Source: Oikopleura dioica (taxonomy: Eukaryota; Animalia; Chordata). From it: a stretch of DNA of 64,000 nt. The stretch spans positions 6,324,001 to 6,388,000 of the forward strand of contig OU015568.1 of the NCBI GenBank assembly GCA_907165135.1. Reading direction: 5' to 3'. The translations under genes and the position numbers were made by a program. Every line of letters begins with the position of its first letter. Within the stretch, counting starts at the first letter, position 1. This document shows, piece after piece, positions 42,114-54,659 of this stretch. Below the pieces are notes generated by a model. The model was not told where the DNA came from. It searched no databases and saw nothing but the letters and a program-made list of their open reading frames with translations.

Positions 42114-42209
42114 GAAGGAGACGCCTTGGGGTGGAAAATCGCTTCCGCTAGGAAGGATTTACTTTGCTTAGATTTGTGGAAAAAAGGGTTGACGGTCAAT
42201 TCCAGAGAT

Positions 42210-42395
42210 TGAAAACCCTGAGTCAGGGTCTAAAAGATCTCTAATGATAAGCCGTAGCGGCTTCGCCAGAATTTAAAAATGAATTGAAATGGAATTTTGC
42301 GAAGCCGCTTCGCGGCTTCGTTTAGAAAAAAGCCGCTACGCGGCTTTTCATTAGTAATTTTTGAAACCCTGACTCAGGTTTTTACGCAGTCCGAG
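42210..42395. mobile_element. hAT-like MITE, family A
   Basis: CCCTGAGTCAGGG ... hairpins ... CCCTGACTCAGGTTTTTAC. Confidence 0.8.
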
Positions 42396-42867
42396 GTCAG
42401 CATTGGACTTGAAAAATTGATTCTAGACGTCTATTTTATATGATAAGTTCAATGAAAACGAGCTTGGAATTGACCGTGAATTTCGCGAAAATGTGGTTGA
42501 TGACGGGAGCTGCTCCAAGCTGTCGTAATTGCGCGTCTAAGGAAAAGTTTCGCCGCGGTTTTGTCAAATGAGTCCTATTTTCACGATCTCTGCGATTCCG
42601 TCGTAAAGCAGCGGCGGCCAGTCAAGTGCAGTCTAGTCCGGTGCAGTATGCAGCAGCTCGACACCACACCGCCGTCTCCTCCACCAGGAGTAGCTCCAGT
42701 GTTCTTCCAACTGTAATGGAAGCGACGAATCAAGTGCGGAATCCATTACTTTGAATTAACTAGGCATACTGGACATCATTCCTTCTCAAGAAACTTTTGA
42801 AGGAACTTATTTAAGATAATTTTAAGGGGGAAAGGGTCCCGAGAGAAGAGGAGCCCCTAACTTTCGC

Positions 42868-43125
42868 AGAAAACCTGAGTCAAGGTTTAAAAGATCTTGA
42901 AGGAAAAGCCGCATAGCGGCTTTCTTAAAAACAAAGCCGCGAAGCGGCTTCGCAAAATTTCTTTTCGAGCCAAATTTCAAATTCTGCCTCGGAAGGTTAC
43001 TTTTGCCAGAATTTAAAATTTGGCTCGAAAAGAAATTTTGTGAAGCCGCTTCGCGGCTTTATTTTTAAGAAAGCCGCTGCGCGGCTTTTCATTCGAGATC
43101 TTTGTGACCCTGACTCAGGTATTCT
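42868..43125. mobile_element. hAT-like MITE, family A (longer palindromic centre)
   Basis: AAAACCTGAGTCAAGG ... four hairpins ... CCCTGACTCAGGT. Confidence 0.8.
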
Positions 43126-43624
43126 TACTGGAGAAAAGCTGAAAAGTCTAAGGAAGAATTTGAGCCTCCATTATTTCGTTGAAGCTCAGTTCCGTTAATG
43201 ACATTAGTCGGTTAGTGTCCGTCCAAGTTCGACTACGGCAGAATAGTAATCCAACTATTCTGGCGTCTAGTAGTGGATAACTCGGCGCGGTGGTGCGGAG
43301 CGGCGACCGCAAATTCTCCTGAGAAGGTTGGTGGAGGAGGCGCGCCGAGTGCGCTGTCCAAACCAAAGTTAAATCCAATTTTCACCTTTCCCGTTTAGAC
43401 GACACTTGTATAAACCACGATGAAAACGTTCCACCAGAAACGCGAATTTCACGTTTTTCCATTTCCAAAACTTACTTTTGCTTCTTCGCGGATAATTCAT
43501 AAAATAAATCATTCCAGGTTTTAGGCGCCGCGGAAATTTTCTTACGAATTTGACAATTTGATAAAGCCCAGGGAAAAGGGAATTCTAGTGTAGAAAATCT
43601 AATTCGATTCTGAAAAAATTCTTC

Positions 43625-43880
43625 ACTAAAAAGCCGCGCAGCGGCTTCGAAAAATTACCATTCCAATTTATTTTAATCTGTGTAGAAAACCTGAGTCAGA
43701 GTCTCAAAGATCTTTACTGGAAAGCCGCGTAGCGGCTTTTCTAGAAAACGAAGCCGCTTTGAAAATAACCATTCCAATCTATTGTTTTAATCTTGGGAAG
43801 CCGCTTCGGGCTTCCTTTTTTAAAAAAGCCGCTTTGCGGCTTTTCAGTAAAGATCTTTCAGACCCTGACTCAGGTTCTCC
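43625..43880. mobile_element. hAT-like MITE, family A, with an adjacent fragment
   Basis: TGTGTAGAAAACCTGAGTCAG ... CCCTGACTCAGGTT with hairpin cores. Confidence 0.75.
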
Positions 43881-44930
43881 CGCCGAAATTGAGAGGGGCC
43901 TCTGATCGAGTTTAACTGTAACTGGCAGTACGTATTATTTTCAGAGAGGAGCGTCGTCTGAAAGACATGAGTGGTAAGTGGTAAGTAGTGAATTCGATTA
44001 ATGCTCTTCTGTTTCGAGTGGATGATCCGAACACGTCTCAGATGAGGCGACAAAAGCCACATCCGTAAGGAGCCAGATTGGTATCCTGTGGAAATCTACT
44101 TTTGAGGATCTGTTAAATTAGCAATAAGCGGCTAAACCTGTTTAAACAGTGTTAAACATACATTAAGGGCGGTACACTACTTGTATCAATATCAAGTCAA
44201 GAGGATCTATCGATTAACAAAGATAGGCGACTCGGAGTTGCTTGATTCGATTTCTTTTTTGAAGAATGAGCTTTTTGACGGTCAAAATGATGAATTGTCT
44301 TTTATAAAATTGAGCTAGAATTCATAAAAAATCAAAATTTCTATTTTCTTTAAATTTTTCTTTCCCCTGATAATCGATTCGAAATAGCTAGTCAGAGAAT
44401 CTTTTATCTCCTTTTTGGAACTGCTAAATTACCAACCATATCGAGCGCGTGTCATTTCTGGCTCCTTTGGGGGTGATTAGCGTTATTGCGAGAGGTTACG
44501 GCGGATGTAAAACAATTCCAACGTGGAGCTGGTAAGTGTGACACGCGTGCGCGCGCTGTCCGCAGATCGGCGCGGAAAGTGGAGCAAGAGCGCCACCGCG
44601 CGCACGGGCCCGCATTGGTCAAGGCTTGGAAGGAAGGAGAATCGCGCTCGCGCGCCCCCACTTGCACCGCCGATTTCGAGCTCCTCCGAGATTTCACCCA
44701 CGCGTTCATCTCTCCCGCCACTTCCTCGCTGTCCAGATCCCTGACCATTCAAACGCATAACGTGTACCCTCTTCAACGCACACACATTTAGCGAAAAATA
44801 TTAAACCAAAAATTTTTTTCTTTTGTAAATTTTCGAAAAAAGGCCAAGAAAGAAAGACTTGGATTCAATAAGAAACTAAGAGAGTACAACTCACGAAAAA
44901 AGCGAGAAGTAAATAGAGACTTCCCTCCTC

Positions 44931-47900
44931 ATGGCAGCTGCTCAGCTGAACATGTCCCAACTGGACCAGCATTCCGTCAAGGCTATGGTAAGCCCTCAAC
45001 CCTTTCTCTTTCCTTCCTTACACCTTCCGAATTAGCTCCTTCAAAAACACATCTCCGAATTGGAAAAGTACCAACAGTACAATGGCGAGAAAGCTGACTC
45101 GCCCACCAATGAATCTGGCAACGATTCGGGCTGCGAAAATTTCTCCGACCGAAAATCAGACCACGATTCTTCCACAAATGCTCGGTCAATTTCGCCGATT
45201 TCCGACGAAGAGCCAAAGATGAAGCGATCTAAGGTACTCTATCTTTATCCTCGGCCTTGTTCTTAACCTTTTCACCCAGCTTATTGACGTCGTAAATGTT
45301 GATGCTCCAGTCAGTCAATCGCGGAACATGTTTTCAATTCGAAACCTCATCTACAGTAAGGACACTTCGGACTCCGAAACCGACCAGTCAGAAGATTCCG
45401 GCAATGCGGCTTCGAATTCCAACGGCTCATCTCCTCCTCGACCTTGGTCACCTGACCACGAAGTGATGCGAAAACTCAAGGCTGATCTCTCCACTACTTT
45501 GCACAGCTTCGTCGATACAGTCGTCTCCGATGTCTGCAACAAAGTCTCGAGCAACTACAAAGAGAGCCTGCGAAACCAGCGAAAAGCATTCCACGAGCAC
45601 CGACTCCACCTCCACCAGGAAGATCCAATGGACACCGTCGACACTCGCCAAATCATCGAAGACGCCAAGCCAATGCTCACCGCTGCTGCTGCCGCTGCTC
45701 AAAGCACAATCTCATCAGCTTCTCCTTCGATCGCTTCTTTCGCCGCTCATGCTCAGGTAGAGAAACTTGTTTAAAAGTCAGAAGATAATCGGGCATTTAG
45801 CGCGCTCAGCAGCTCCAGCAGCTCACTTCGCGACATACTCCGTCTGTTCCAACTCCGCATCAGGCGATTCTCTCACAGCACTTGGCCGCTCGAGCCACTC
45901 AGCCGCAAGTTTTCCAACGGTAATGATCATCACTTATTTCTACTGTTAGATTGATGGGTAGGACATTTCTGTAGAATGAGGGAGTTTTGACCAATAAGAA
46001 GCTTGCGATTCATTGTCTAGCCAATCAAAAACAAGCGTTAGTTATCTGAGCCAATCAGAAAAAGAATTAATTTTATCCACCAATCAAAGTCCCTTATATC
46101 CAAAAATGCCCTAAATATCAACTCATAGCTACTCAGCTCATATTAACTGTTGATTACAGTCAATCTTATAGAGAAGCTCCTCGCCCGCTCGGCTACCCGT
46201 ACACAGCTCTTCAATCAAGCTACCCATACAACCCAATGCTCAACTCTGCCACAGAAACCTACGGTCGCCGACCCTGTAAGTATTCATCTCGCGAATTATT
46301 ACGGTCTTGCAAATAAATGGGATTAATAAATCGGACAAGAGAATTCAAGGGAGAGATGATCTTAACCTATAAGAATTTCGCGGCCAAAGTTGATTTGGAA
46401 TTTCATTTTCGCGCATTCATCCAAATTACCCACTGCGGCTCACGTTAAAGGTCATCTCATTTTTGCTCTTTTCCAGCTTTGGAAGTTTCCAGTCCTAGAA
46501 AACCGACTAGAAAATCTAACGTGTCGAACTGAAAAGTAGCACATTCATAATTCCCCACCTGTAGAATAAAAACGAGGCGCGAAATCAAAAAATTCGCGAG
46601 AATCGCGCATCCCTCCATCTTGTCCAAGCCCTTGTCAATTATACTGACACAGCTGGCCTCCGTTGAACAATCTTGGAGGCCCCGTCACGTTACAATTTTG
46701 ACAGAATTGAATTAGACGATAAAATAATCAGTTTCTCCCCTTCCCTAGAATTATCTCATTTCAGAAAACGCTAGAAATAAAAATAAAAGAAAAACTTCTT
46801 AGAGGTCAATTTTTTCCTAATATTTAACCTGTCAGCATCCAGCGGCTCAACCCAGAATCGCGGTAACATGACTTTTGTTTACAAAAAGTTGGCAGACGTG
46901 GCAAACAAAATTTCCCACTTCTCAGCGCGTTTTTTTTCTTATCTCGCTTTCTTGAACTTGGCGAAAACGTGCGTTCAATTAGGCGTGTCAGGATTTGAGT
47001 GCAAGTGCGTCCGCCACGGGTTAAACCAAAAATACCACCGCTGGGCTGAGTTATCCAAGTGGAAACAATCTAAGATGGAATTTGCGATTTCTTCCATGGT
47101 CAATTAGAAATTGCCATGCTCCTTAACCGGAAGGAATTTTCAAATAACCACCCGTTATACCCTTAATTAACATTTTTTTTCAAGTCTTGTCGATCGATCC
47201 ACTCACTGGGCGGATTAAATCGGAGCACGAAATGTCCGACGAACAGGCGATGATCTTCGGAGCGGCTCATCCGCAAGAGGGTCTCACTCCTCATCACTTG
47301 AAGAAGGCGAAATTGATGTTTTTCTACACTCGATACCCTTCATCAAACGTCTTGAAGACTTTCTTCCCGGATGTCAAGGTAAATTTTGTTTGATAAAGAA
47401 AGCTTATTTCAGTATCTTGAATACTGGAGAAGAAATCATAAATTTATTTTAGCAATCGATTATTAAATTTTTAAATATTATAAAAATAAACTGTATTCAA
47501 AATTTTTATGATTTTTCGCCCGAAACGGCCAAAAAAACTTTTGTAAAAATTTTTACATTTGTAAAAATGATAATCCCAAATGTCTGTGTTTCTGCGTTTT
47601 CGTCTGAAATTCTAGTTTTATCGCTGAAAAATCCGCTGCACGCGTCTAACAGAGCGCTGCGGTCGGCCAGTACGCCGACTTGGACCACTTTGTGGTCGGC
47701 TTGGTTGAGCTGGCGATGTTCTGAGACGTGCAATGTGGTCGCGGGTGTAGTAGCGCCTCCTCCGCTACTAGACTCTTGCGCGAGAGGAGCTCGTAACCGA
47801 AACCGCCGTGGAGGAGGAGGAGTGAAGACTCTCTCCCCCACCGCAACTTCGCTCCCGACCGCAAACATACTCACCATGCAGAATTATCGACTCAATAGAT

Positions 47901-48849
47901 TGTTTTTATTTCTACGTTCTTACAAAAGCGCCTTTCACTAGAATTTCCACCAACTGTAACTTCTCCTATTTAGTTTAACCGGGCCACAACTTCTCAACTC
48001 ATCAAATGGTTCTCCAACTTCCGAGAGTTCTTCTACATTCAGGTAAACATTTTGACCATTCTCTTCCTTGATTTCAGATCAGCTTAAAAGAAAAGCCGCG
48101 TAGCGGCTTTTTTAAAAAACGAAGCCGCTAAGCGGCTTCGCGAACTGAGCTGTCTGAATCTACCAAAAAAACTGGCGAAGCCGCTTTGCGGCTTCGATTT
48201 TAAAAAGGCCGCTACGCGGCTTTTCATTGAAAATCTTAAAAACCCTGAGTCAGGTTTTCTTCACAGGATTTCGAACCCATTTTCAAATGAAATTACTTCA
48301 CTGACTAACCATATTCTTTTAGATCGAGAAATACGCTCGACATGCTCTTTCCGAAGGAATTGAAAACGCCGCTGATTTGAAAGTCACCCGAGAAAGCGAG
48401 CTCTTCAAGGCGCTGAACAACCACTACAATAAAACCAACGAATTTGAGGTTTTTATCCGCGCCCAGTCGGATTCAGTCACTAGCCACCGCTTAATATCTT
48501 GCTCTTAAGGGTGTCAACATCATCTTCATTTTCATCAAAATCGATGTTAACACCCTTAAATTCGCTTTTCTTTTCATTTCATTATGCTTCTTTCCACGAA
48601 AAAAAGACTGAACCCGCTCGGTTAGCGGTCCAACTTTCTGGAGCCAAAAATAACCGTCCTTTTTAGGTGCCAGAAGAGTTCCTTGACGTCGCTCTGATGA
48701 GCCTTCGCGAGTTCTTCGTAAACATCAAAGAAGGCCGCGACGTCGATCCCTCGTGGAAGAAAGCCATTTACAAGATCATCTGCAAAAGTGACATTGAAAT
48801 TCCCGACGCATTTAAAAGCGCTACGTTTTTGACCGATGTGGCGCACTAG
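44931..48849 (+). CDS. Prox1: Prospero-related homeobox protein (homeo-prospero domain), 9 exons
   Basis: [34 protein letters not shown]|[23 protein letters not shown]|IEKYAR...[19 protein letters not shown]|VPEEFL...[20 protein letters not shown]. All introns are GT-AG. Confidence 0.97.
45991..46084 (+). promoter_or_regulatory. Four CCAAT boxes at 30/30/29-bp spacing in Prox1 intron 4
   Basis: CCAAT at 45991, 46021, 46051 and 46080. Confidence 0.45.
48090..48275. mobile_element. Family-A MITE (core plus one arm) in a Prox1 intron
   Basis: Four AAGCCGC-N3-GCGGCTT-type hairpins and CCCTGAGTCAGGTTTTCTTCACAGG. Confidence 0.75.
48509..48555. mobile_element. 47-bp TTAA-flanked mini-element in a Prox1 intron
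   Basis: TTAA|GGGTGTCAACATC ... GATGTTAACACCC|TTAA. Confidence 0.75.
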
Positions 48850-49690
48850 ACCTCATGAGACGAGTTTTTAAAAAAACGAAATCTTTTGTACATTTCAATT
48901 TTACATTTTTCCGCCCTTTGGGGAAGGCGCGTTCTGCCCTGAGGGTGTGTGTATATAGACTCTTATACATATTTACGAAAATTACTATCTTCATCCTGCC
49001 TCCTGCATCTTTCGCGCGCCATTTTCGACTCGGAAAATGACTTTTTCGAGTCGAAAAACCGCGGCGCAGAAAACCTATTCCCTTGGAAATTAAGGGTATC
49101 ACCCTTTAATCTCCAAGGGAAGCTTTAAAAAGGACTCGACCATCAAAAAACTATATATATTCCGAAAAGTTTGGAAATTAGACAAAAATTTCTCAAATTT
49201 CGCTCATCTCATTTGGTCACGTGGTCCCCTTAAAAAAAACCTCTCGCCACATCGAAGCTCCCTTAGGTTTAAAAAATTTAAGGGTGGCGGGGCAAAGCCG
49301 TGCGCGTTTTTAATTTTGCGTTTTGTACAGTTCAATAAATATTTTTTTCATTCATTCGTTCGTTTTCGTCTTCTTTCTTCATACAAATGGTGCAAAATGA
49401 ATGGTTCAAAAAATGGAGCCAATTAAGAGAACCTTTAAATGAAATTCTTTATTTTGTAATTTTGAGGCACTAGAATTCGCAATAACAAATATCGTGCTGC
49501 TAATGAGGAGGAAGGGGGCTAGAATTTCAAGTGACTTTCAAGCTCCTGCAGACATTTGTGAGAAATCGGAAGAATTCGCGAAAAATGTGAGACACTTTGT
49601 CGATACGTGAACCGCCCGTACTTAGGAACGAAAATTTCGGCGCTCTAAGTGAAATGAGCGCTCGAGAAAATATCGTATTTTTGGACTTAA

Positions 49691-49913
49691 CCAAAAAATG
49701 GAAGTGGATTTTTGGATGACCAATTAGATTGCTGCATTCGGCCTGCTGGCCAATCAAAATTCTGATTCATAAAATCACTTCCATAACTTGGTTTGACCGT
49801 TTTCTTGGCAGAACCAAACAATGGAAGTGATTTTATGGATCAGGGTTTTGATTGGCTGGTAGACCAAATACAGCAGTCTTATTGGTCATCCAAAAATGCA
49901 TTTCAATTTTTGG
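49691..49913. mobile_element. Foldback/MITE with ~95-bp arms containing CCAAT motifs
   Basis: TTTTTGGATGACCAAT..GCCAATCAAAA..ATAAAATCACTTCCAT is mirrored by ATGGAAGTGATTTTAT..TTTTGATTGGC..ATTGGTCATCCAAAAA. Confidence 0.8.
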
Positions 49914-50819
49914 TCTTGTTCCATTTTCTTGGCTCCTCGGACATTTCTTGGGTTACTTTTTGAAATAATATTTTGAGGAGTTTCTCTGCTCCATCCCGTG
50001 GCTGACTAAACTAACTGACCGTTTCCGACGTTCGTTTACTTTTCAGAGTCAACGTGGAGCGCGCTTTCCAGCTCCTTATCTTTATCTTACCAAGTACCTA
50101 TCCCAGCAGCGCTAGATTATCGCGCCGACATCAGAATTCAACCCGCTCTTCAATTTTTCCAAGGGTTGATTTTTTGATGGAGCTGATATAAGATGCGCTT
50201 TCCGGCGAAAGTAATTACGCCCTGTCAACGAGTGAGAGGAGTTCACGAAGAAAACGTGCACGCGCGCATCAAGAAGTCGTGTGACGTACTTATTACGCCC
50301 AAGAGGAGCTCGAAACACTCAGCTTGGAATTTTTTCAATTTGCCCAGCGCGACCTGCTTTTCTTAAATTTTCTTTTACTGGACTTTTTTAGTGCAAAGGT
50401 CAAGTTGTTTAAATTATGATTATTTTATTAATAATTAATAAGAAAATTATATATTAAAATATATAATAATTAAAATAATTGAAAAATAATTAATTTAATT
50501 AATTTAAAGTTAAGGATAATTTACTTTCAATAAAATTTAATAAAATTAAAAATAAATTTACTGTTCAATAATTCGGTCAAGTTCCGTTTTTGGAAATTCT
50601 CAATTACAATAAACTCTCTTTTTTCTTGCTTCAAAAATTCAGTCAGAAGACTGCTGAATTCGCGCTCCATTCAACAATGAATTACCCTGCTCCGGATTTC
50701 GAGCCTGCGCTTCGAATTCAGTTGATTAGTAATGGAGTAATTAAAGAAAATTCAAAACGTGTTATTGCTGTTTTCATTTTATACAAGAAGGAATTTGAAA
50801 TTTATAAACAGAGAAAAGG

Positions 50820-51517
50820 TTAGTTTCCGGAAATCGTCGCAACTTCTGGATTTGCCTGCCAATCGCTGTGAGCTTTGGCGGCTGCGCTTTCGGCCAGCCA
50901 GTAATTGTACCCGCCGTTTTTGCCGTCTTCCGTCTTGAAGTTCAAAACATTCGTGTATCCTTAAGTTTAACCTGTTTAACCCCCTGGCGCGTGAATTTCC
51001 TTTTCTCACCGAGTTCCTCGAGAATCTTTTGCGCGACGGTGCTTCTTCCTCCTGATCGACAAGTGACAATTATTTCATCTGAGAGGGAGGGCTTTCTAGC
51101 TCCAAATCGTGATTCGAACTCATCAGCAGGGAGTTTAAAGCTTCGCCAAATTACGGATAAAGGGACATTTGCTCCCCACGCGGATTCGATGTAGCCAGCA
51201 CTGACCTCTAGAATGTTTTGTTAGAGGACAAGATGAAGACAATAAATGTGCATTTTGCTTTGAGAATTTATATACATTTTCTTGAAATTCAATGAATAAA
51301 TCGAAAAAATCAACCTAATTTTAACCTTATGAAAGTTGCGACTCAGTGTGTGAATTACTGATATAGTCTGTAACATCTTATGTAACCATTAATAATAACG
51401 TATACGATTAATAATAGTGATTGACTTACCTACTGGAGTTCTGACATCAACAACGAAAACATCTGAATTGAACCTAACAGCGCTCAAGTACGCGAAACTA
51501 GCCAAAAGTCCCGTCAT
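50820..51517 (-). CDS. Single-domain rhodanese / thiosulfate sulfurtransferase-like protein; complement(join(50820..50959,51010..51207,51430..51517)), 141 aa
   Basis: VVDVRTPVEVSAGYI...NVPL...F...FG..KP...IIVTCRSGGRS..AQKILEELGYTNV.NF...GGYNYW; catalytic loop CRSGGR; 426 nt in frame. Confidence 0.9.
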
Positions 51518-51958
51518 TTTTTTTTAGTCTGGAAAGTTTGCCGAAGAAATTCTCTTTTTCAGGTTTTCTCGGCGAGTGAAGGACGTGTTCGAAACCGAGA
51601 AATTTATGAAAGTGAAAATGGAGCGCTGTGGCAGCGGAGAAGCGCTTCTGAGGAATAAATGCGTTGGGACAGGGAGATTTATTTGGTTTGCTGACGAGGG
51701 ACAAAACAATTGTCAATCGATTTACGGAATTCGTAAATATTCTTCTTTAGAACGGTTTTTGCTTTTTCGACTATTGACTGTTGATAATCCTGCTGCCTTG
51801 AAATTCAACTTGAAATTGATTATCAAAGTCAAAACACCTTGCTTTCTCTTCCTACAAACAACGATATCCAAAGACTAAAAGGAAATGCCCCGGAAGGAAG
51901 CAGAGACAAATTGTCAAGGTCAAAGAAAAGTGCAGTCTTGACTTTTGGTATCACTTAT

Positions 51959-52084
51959 CTAGGCTCGGCAACCTGTGTCAGGGAGTAGAAAACCTGAGTC
52001 AGGTTCCTGGAAGACATTCAATAAACCTTCTTCTAGGATCTGGACTCAGGTTTTCTAGACCCTGACACAGGTTGCTGAGCCCAG
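51959..52084. mobile_element. Family-A MITE, TIRs only
   Basis: CTAGGCTCGGCAACCTGTGTC ... GACACAGGTTGCTGAGCCCAG. Confidence 0.8.
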
Positions 52085-53660
52085 ATGATAAAGGATTATA
52101 GTGGGGGCTTATGTTTATTTCTACTGTATAAGATGCCGGTCCTTGAGAAGCATGTTTTATTCGAAGGTTCGCCCGACCTTTTCTTATAGTCTAACTATCG
52201 TCAATCATAATAATTATCCGGCGTAACACTTTCAAGGCGCCTTTATAACTACTTTTTAAGCCGCTAATTTATGATGAAGGAAAAAAACTAAGAAAGGTTA
52301 TTTTCACATAATTATCTTCATAACGATCTCAGAGCTCTGCATGTGCAAAATCAGCGAGAAAAGGAAAGCGACGTCGAGTTACGCAGAACGTCGACTGAAA
52401 TTGAATCCGTAGCCGTTTTTCGCCGCCCTTTGTGCTACGCTCTTCAGAAAAGTATTTTTAGCCTGTTTGCTGTTCGAAGACAGAAAAAGGAAGAAGAACC
52501 TGGAGAAAGAGATCTATTGATGATGAATTGCTGAAATGGAGATTCTGTAAGTCCAGACTTGGAAGTCGAAGTCGAGCAAAGTAGTAGCATCCAGTATTCA
52601 TTAAAAATAGGCACTTTATTTAGGCACAGGATACAAAAGAATATTCCATGTGAATCCCTCCCCATAAGACCAGCTTTCGATAGCCAGAGAGGTAAAAAAG
52701 GTGGTATTTTTAAAGATTTGTATTTACTGAATTTTTTCGTCAAAATGATAATGAGTAGCATTCTAGCATGAATTCTAGCATTCTGAAGTATTCTTAGAAG
52801 TCATTAATGTATCCAATCGGAAATGCAAGATCGGAAATGAGTCTGTCACACTTAAGCCCATCAAAGTTATGGCAAAAGGTGGTGGTTGGTAAGCAGACTT
52901 TCTTCAAATTTACGAGAGCGATCACCACTTCAATTAAAATAAACTGCTTATATATTTACAAAAAAACTAAGCTAAATCCAAGTCTTTGAACTTTCAGAAG
53001 TAGAAAAAGCAGACCTTTCTTTTTCTAGCGCCAGTTTTTTCAGCATCAATCGCAGCTTTTCGCCTTCATCTTCCAATTCATGAATTTTTCAAGGTCAAGT
53101 AGGAGAGTATTCCTCTGCCGTGAAATCATACAGTAGCTCAAAGTTCGAGACAAACGATCTTTGAAAATGTTTACTAGCAGAGTATCCGCAATGAACCTTT
53201 TCCCCGCAATAAACAAGTAATTAGCCGAGCAGATTATCAATAGGCTCTTCTTTGCTTTAGAATTTTGACACGTGATTAAGAAATCAGCTGGAGAGCGTAA
53301 AATCGACTGGGGAGAGGGAGAAGAGCCCCGTGTCTGATGGAAGGAAGCACGAAGCAATGAGCCCAAGTTATGGCGGATTCAGATCTTTTAACAACCCTGA
53401 TTTATTTTGGCATAATTAGAGTCTCACCATAGGATGGCGCCCCTCAAGGTCACAGGTCTTTTCAAAAGTTTGCTGCACATCCTTTAGGAAACAACCGCTG
53501 ACACTTTTGAAAAGAACTTGATACTGAAAGAACCTTATTTAATGGGAACAATTATTTTTTGATTGATAATAATTGAATAAAAAGAGTGAAAAGAAAACAA
53601 AAAATCAAGGAAGAGAATATGCCCGGGAGGAGCTTGCAACTGTAAGTTTTTGAAAGCAGC

Positions 53661-53806
53661 GTTAGGGTTAGGCAACCTGTGTAGAAGACCTGAGTCAGGG
53701 TCTGTCAGACTCGGTCTAAAGAATTGCCCGTGGTTTTTCAGACCCTGGCTCAGGTTTTCTACACAGGTTGTCGAGCCTGGGTTAGGGTTAGGGTAATGGT
53801 TAGGGT
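53661..53806. repeat. Family-A MITE flanked by short TTAGGG runs
   Basis: GTTAGGGTTAGG-[GCAACC...GGTTGTCGAGCCTG]-GGTTAGGGTTAGGGTAATGGTTAGGG. Confidence 0.7.
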
Positions 53807-54659
53807 ATTTTTGAGAATAAGGGTGTCAAGTCAATTGTTTTTTCCCCTTTTCGTCAGTTTAGTGAAAGTTTCTCTGCTCCATCTTTTTTGCGGTATTCGC
53901 TATTCGAAATTTTGGCTTCTCTACTTTGTTCTACTTTGAAATAATTGAATAATTCTTAATTATTTTGAGCAGCAACCAAGGTGTCTTTTGAATTCGGACA
54001 TTAAGCAGTGATAAAGTAGTATTGACCCCCGAGGGGCTCTGGAGCAGCCGTAACATTATGAGCTGCCGCAGAGAGCTTTAAAAAAAACTCCGCCTAAACT
54101 CCAACAACGCAAGAAAATAAACCCAAGTCGTATTTTTTTCGATCAGAATGCTGCTTTCCCTCTGACTTGAAAGCTGCAAATCAGAGCAAATCAGCTTTAA
54201 TTGCAAATTACAGACTAGGAAAACAAAGGGAGAGAGAAAGAAATAATTTATAGAGAAAACTGGAGCCAAGAAAATGGTGAACTCGTCTGACGACCAGAGC
54301 TTCAGTTTGTCAAAAGTCAGACATGACGTCAAAAATAACTTTGGCCAGCATAGAAGGAAGGTTGCGAAAAGTAAAATTTTCAAAGCTGGGAGCGATGAGA
54401 GTAATAATTAGCCAATTAATAAAACTTGGTCCTGGGTGTCAAGCACTTTTCTTTCATGATTATTGACTGCTCTTGGTAGTTAACTCTTAGAACCGTCCTT
54501 GTTTGGAGGCAATAAATCATGAGTAATAAAATAAAACCGCAAATTTTATGTTCATCTGGGGCAGATTAGAGGACTGCTTATGCCCGCTTAATGTCTTTAA
54601 TTTTCGTCTTTGAAGAATCAAATCACAGATTTTTTGATTCTTTCGCCGATTTTTTAATC

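Noticed and set aside
47973-48849. Prox1 substitutions (FNRATT for FNRCIT, CKSD for CKLD)
   Set aside because: Consistent with generally fast protein evolution in this lineage; the recognition helix WFSNFREF is intact.
50400-50580. Extremely AT-rich tract as a replication origin or matrix-attachment site
   Set aside because: Composition alone gives no specific support.
51463-51530. Apparent non-canonical intron at the rhodanese 5' end
   Set aside because: An in-frame ATG at 51517 reads straight through this stretch, so no intron is needed.
51563-53370. Exon-like fragments on both strands (e.g. ERCGSGEALLRNKCVG; KIHELEDEGEKLRLMLKK)
   Set aside because: One or two genes may be present, but I could not assemble a phase-consistent model.
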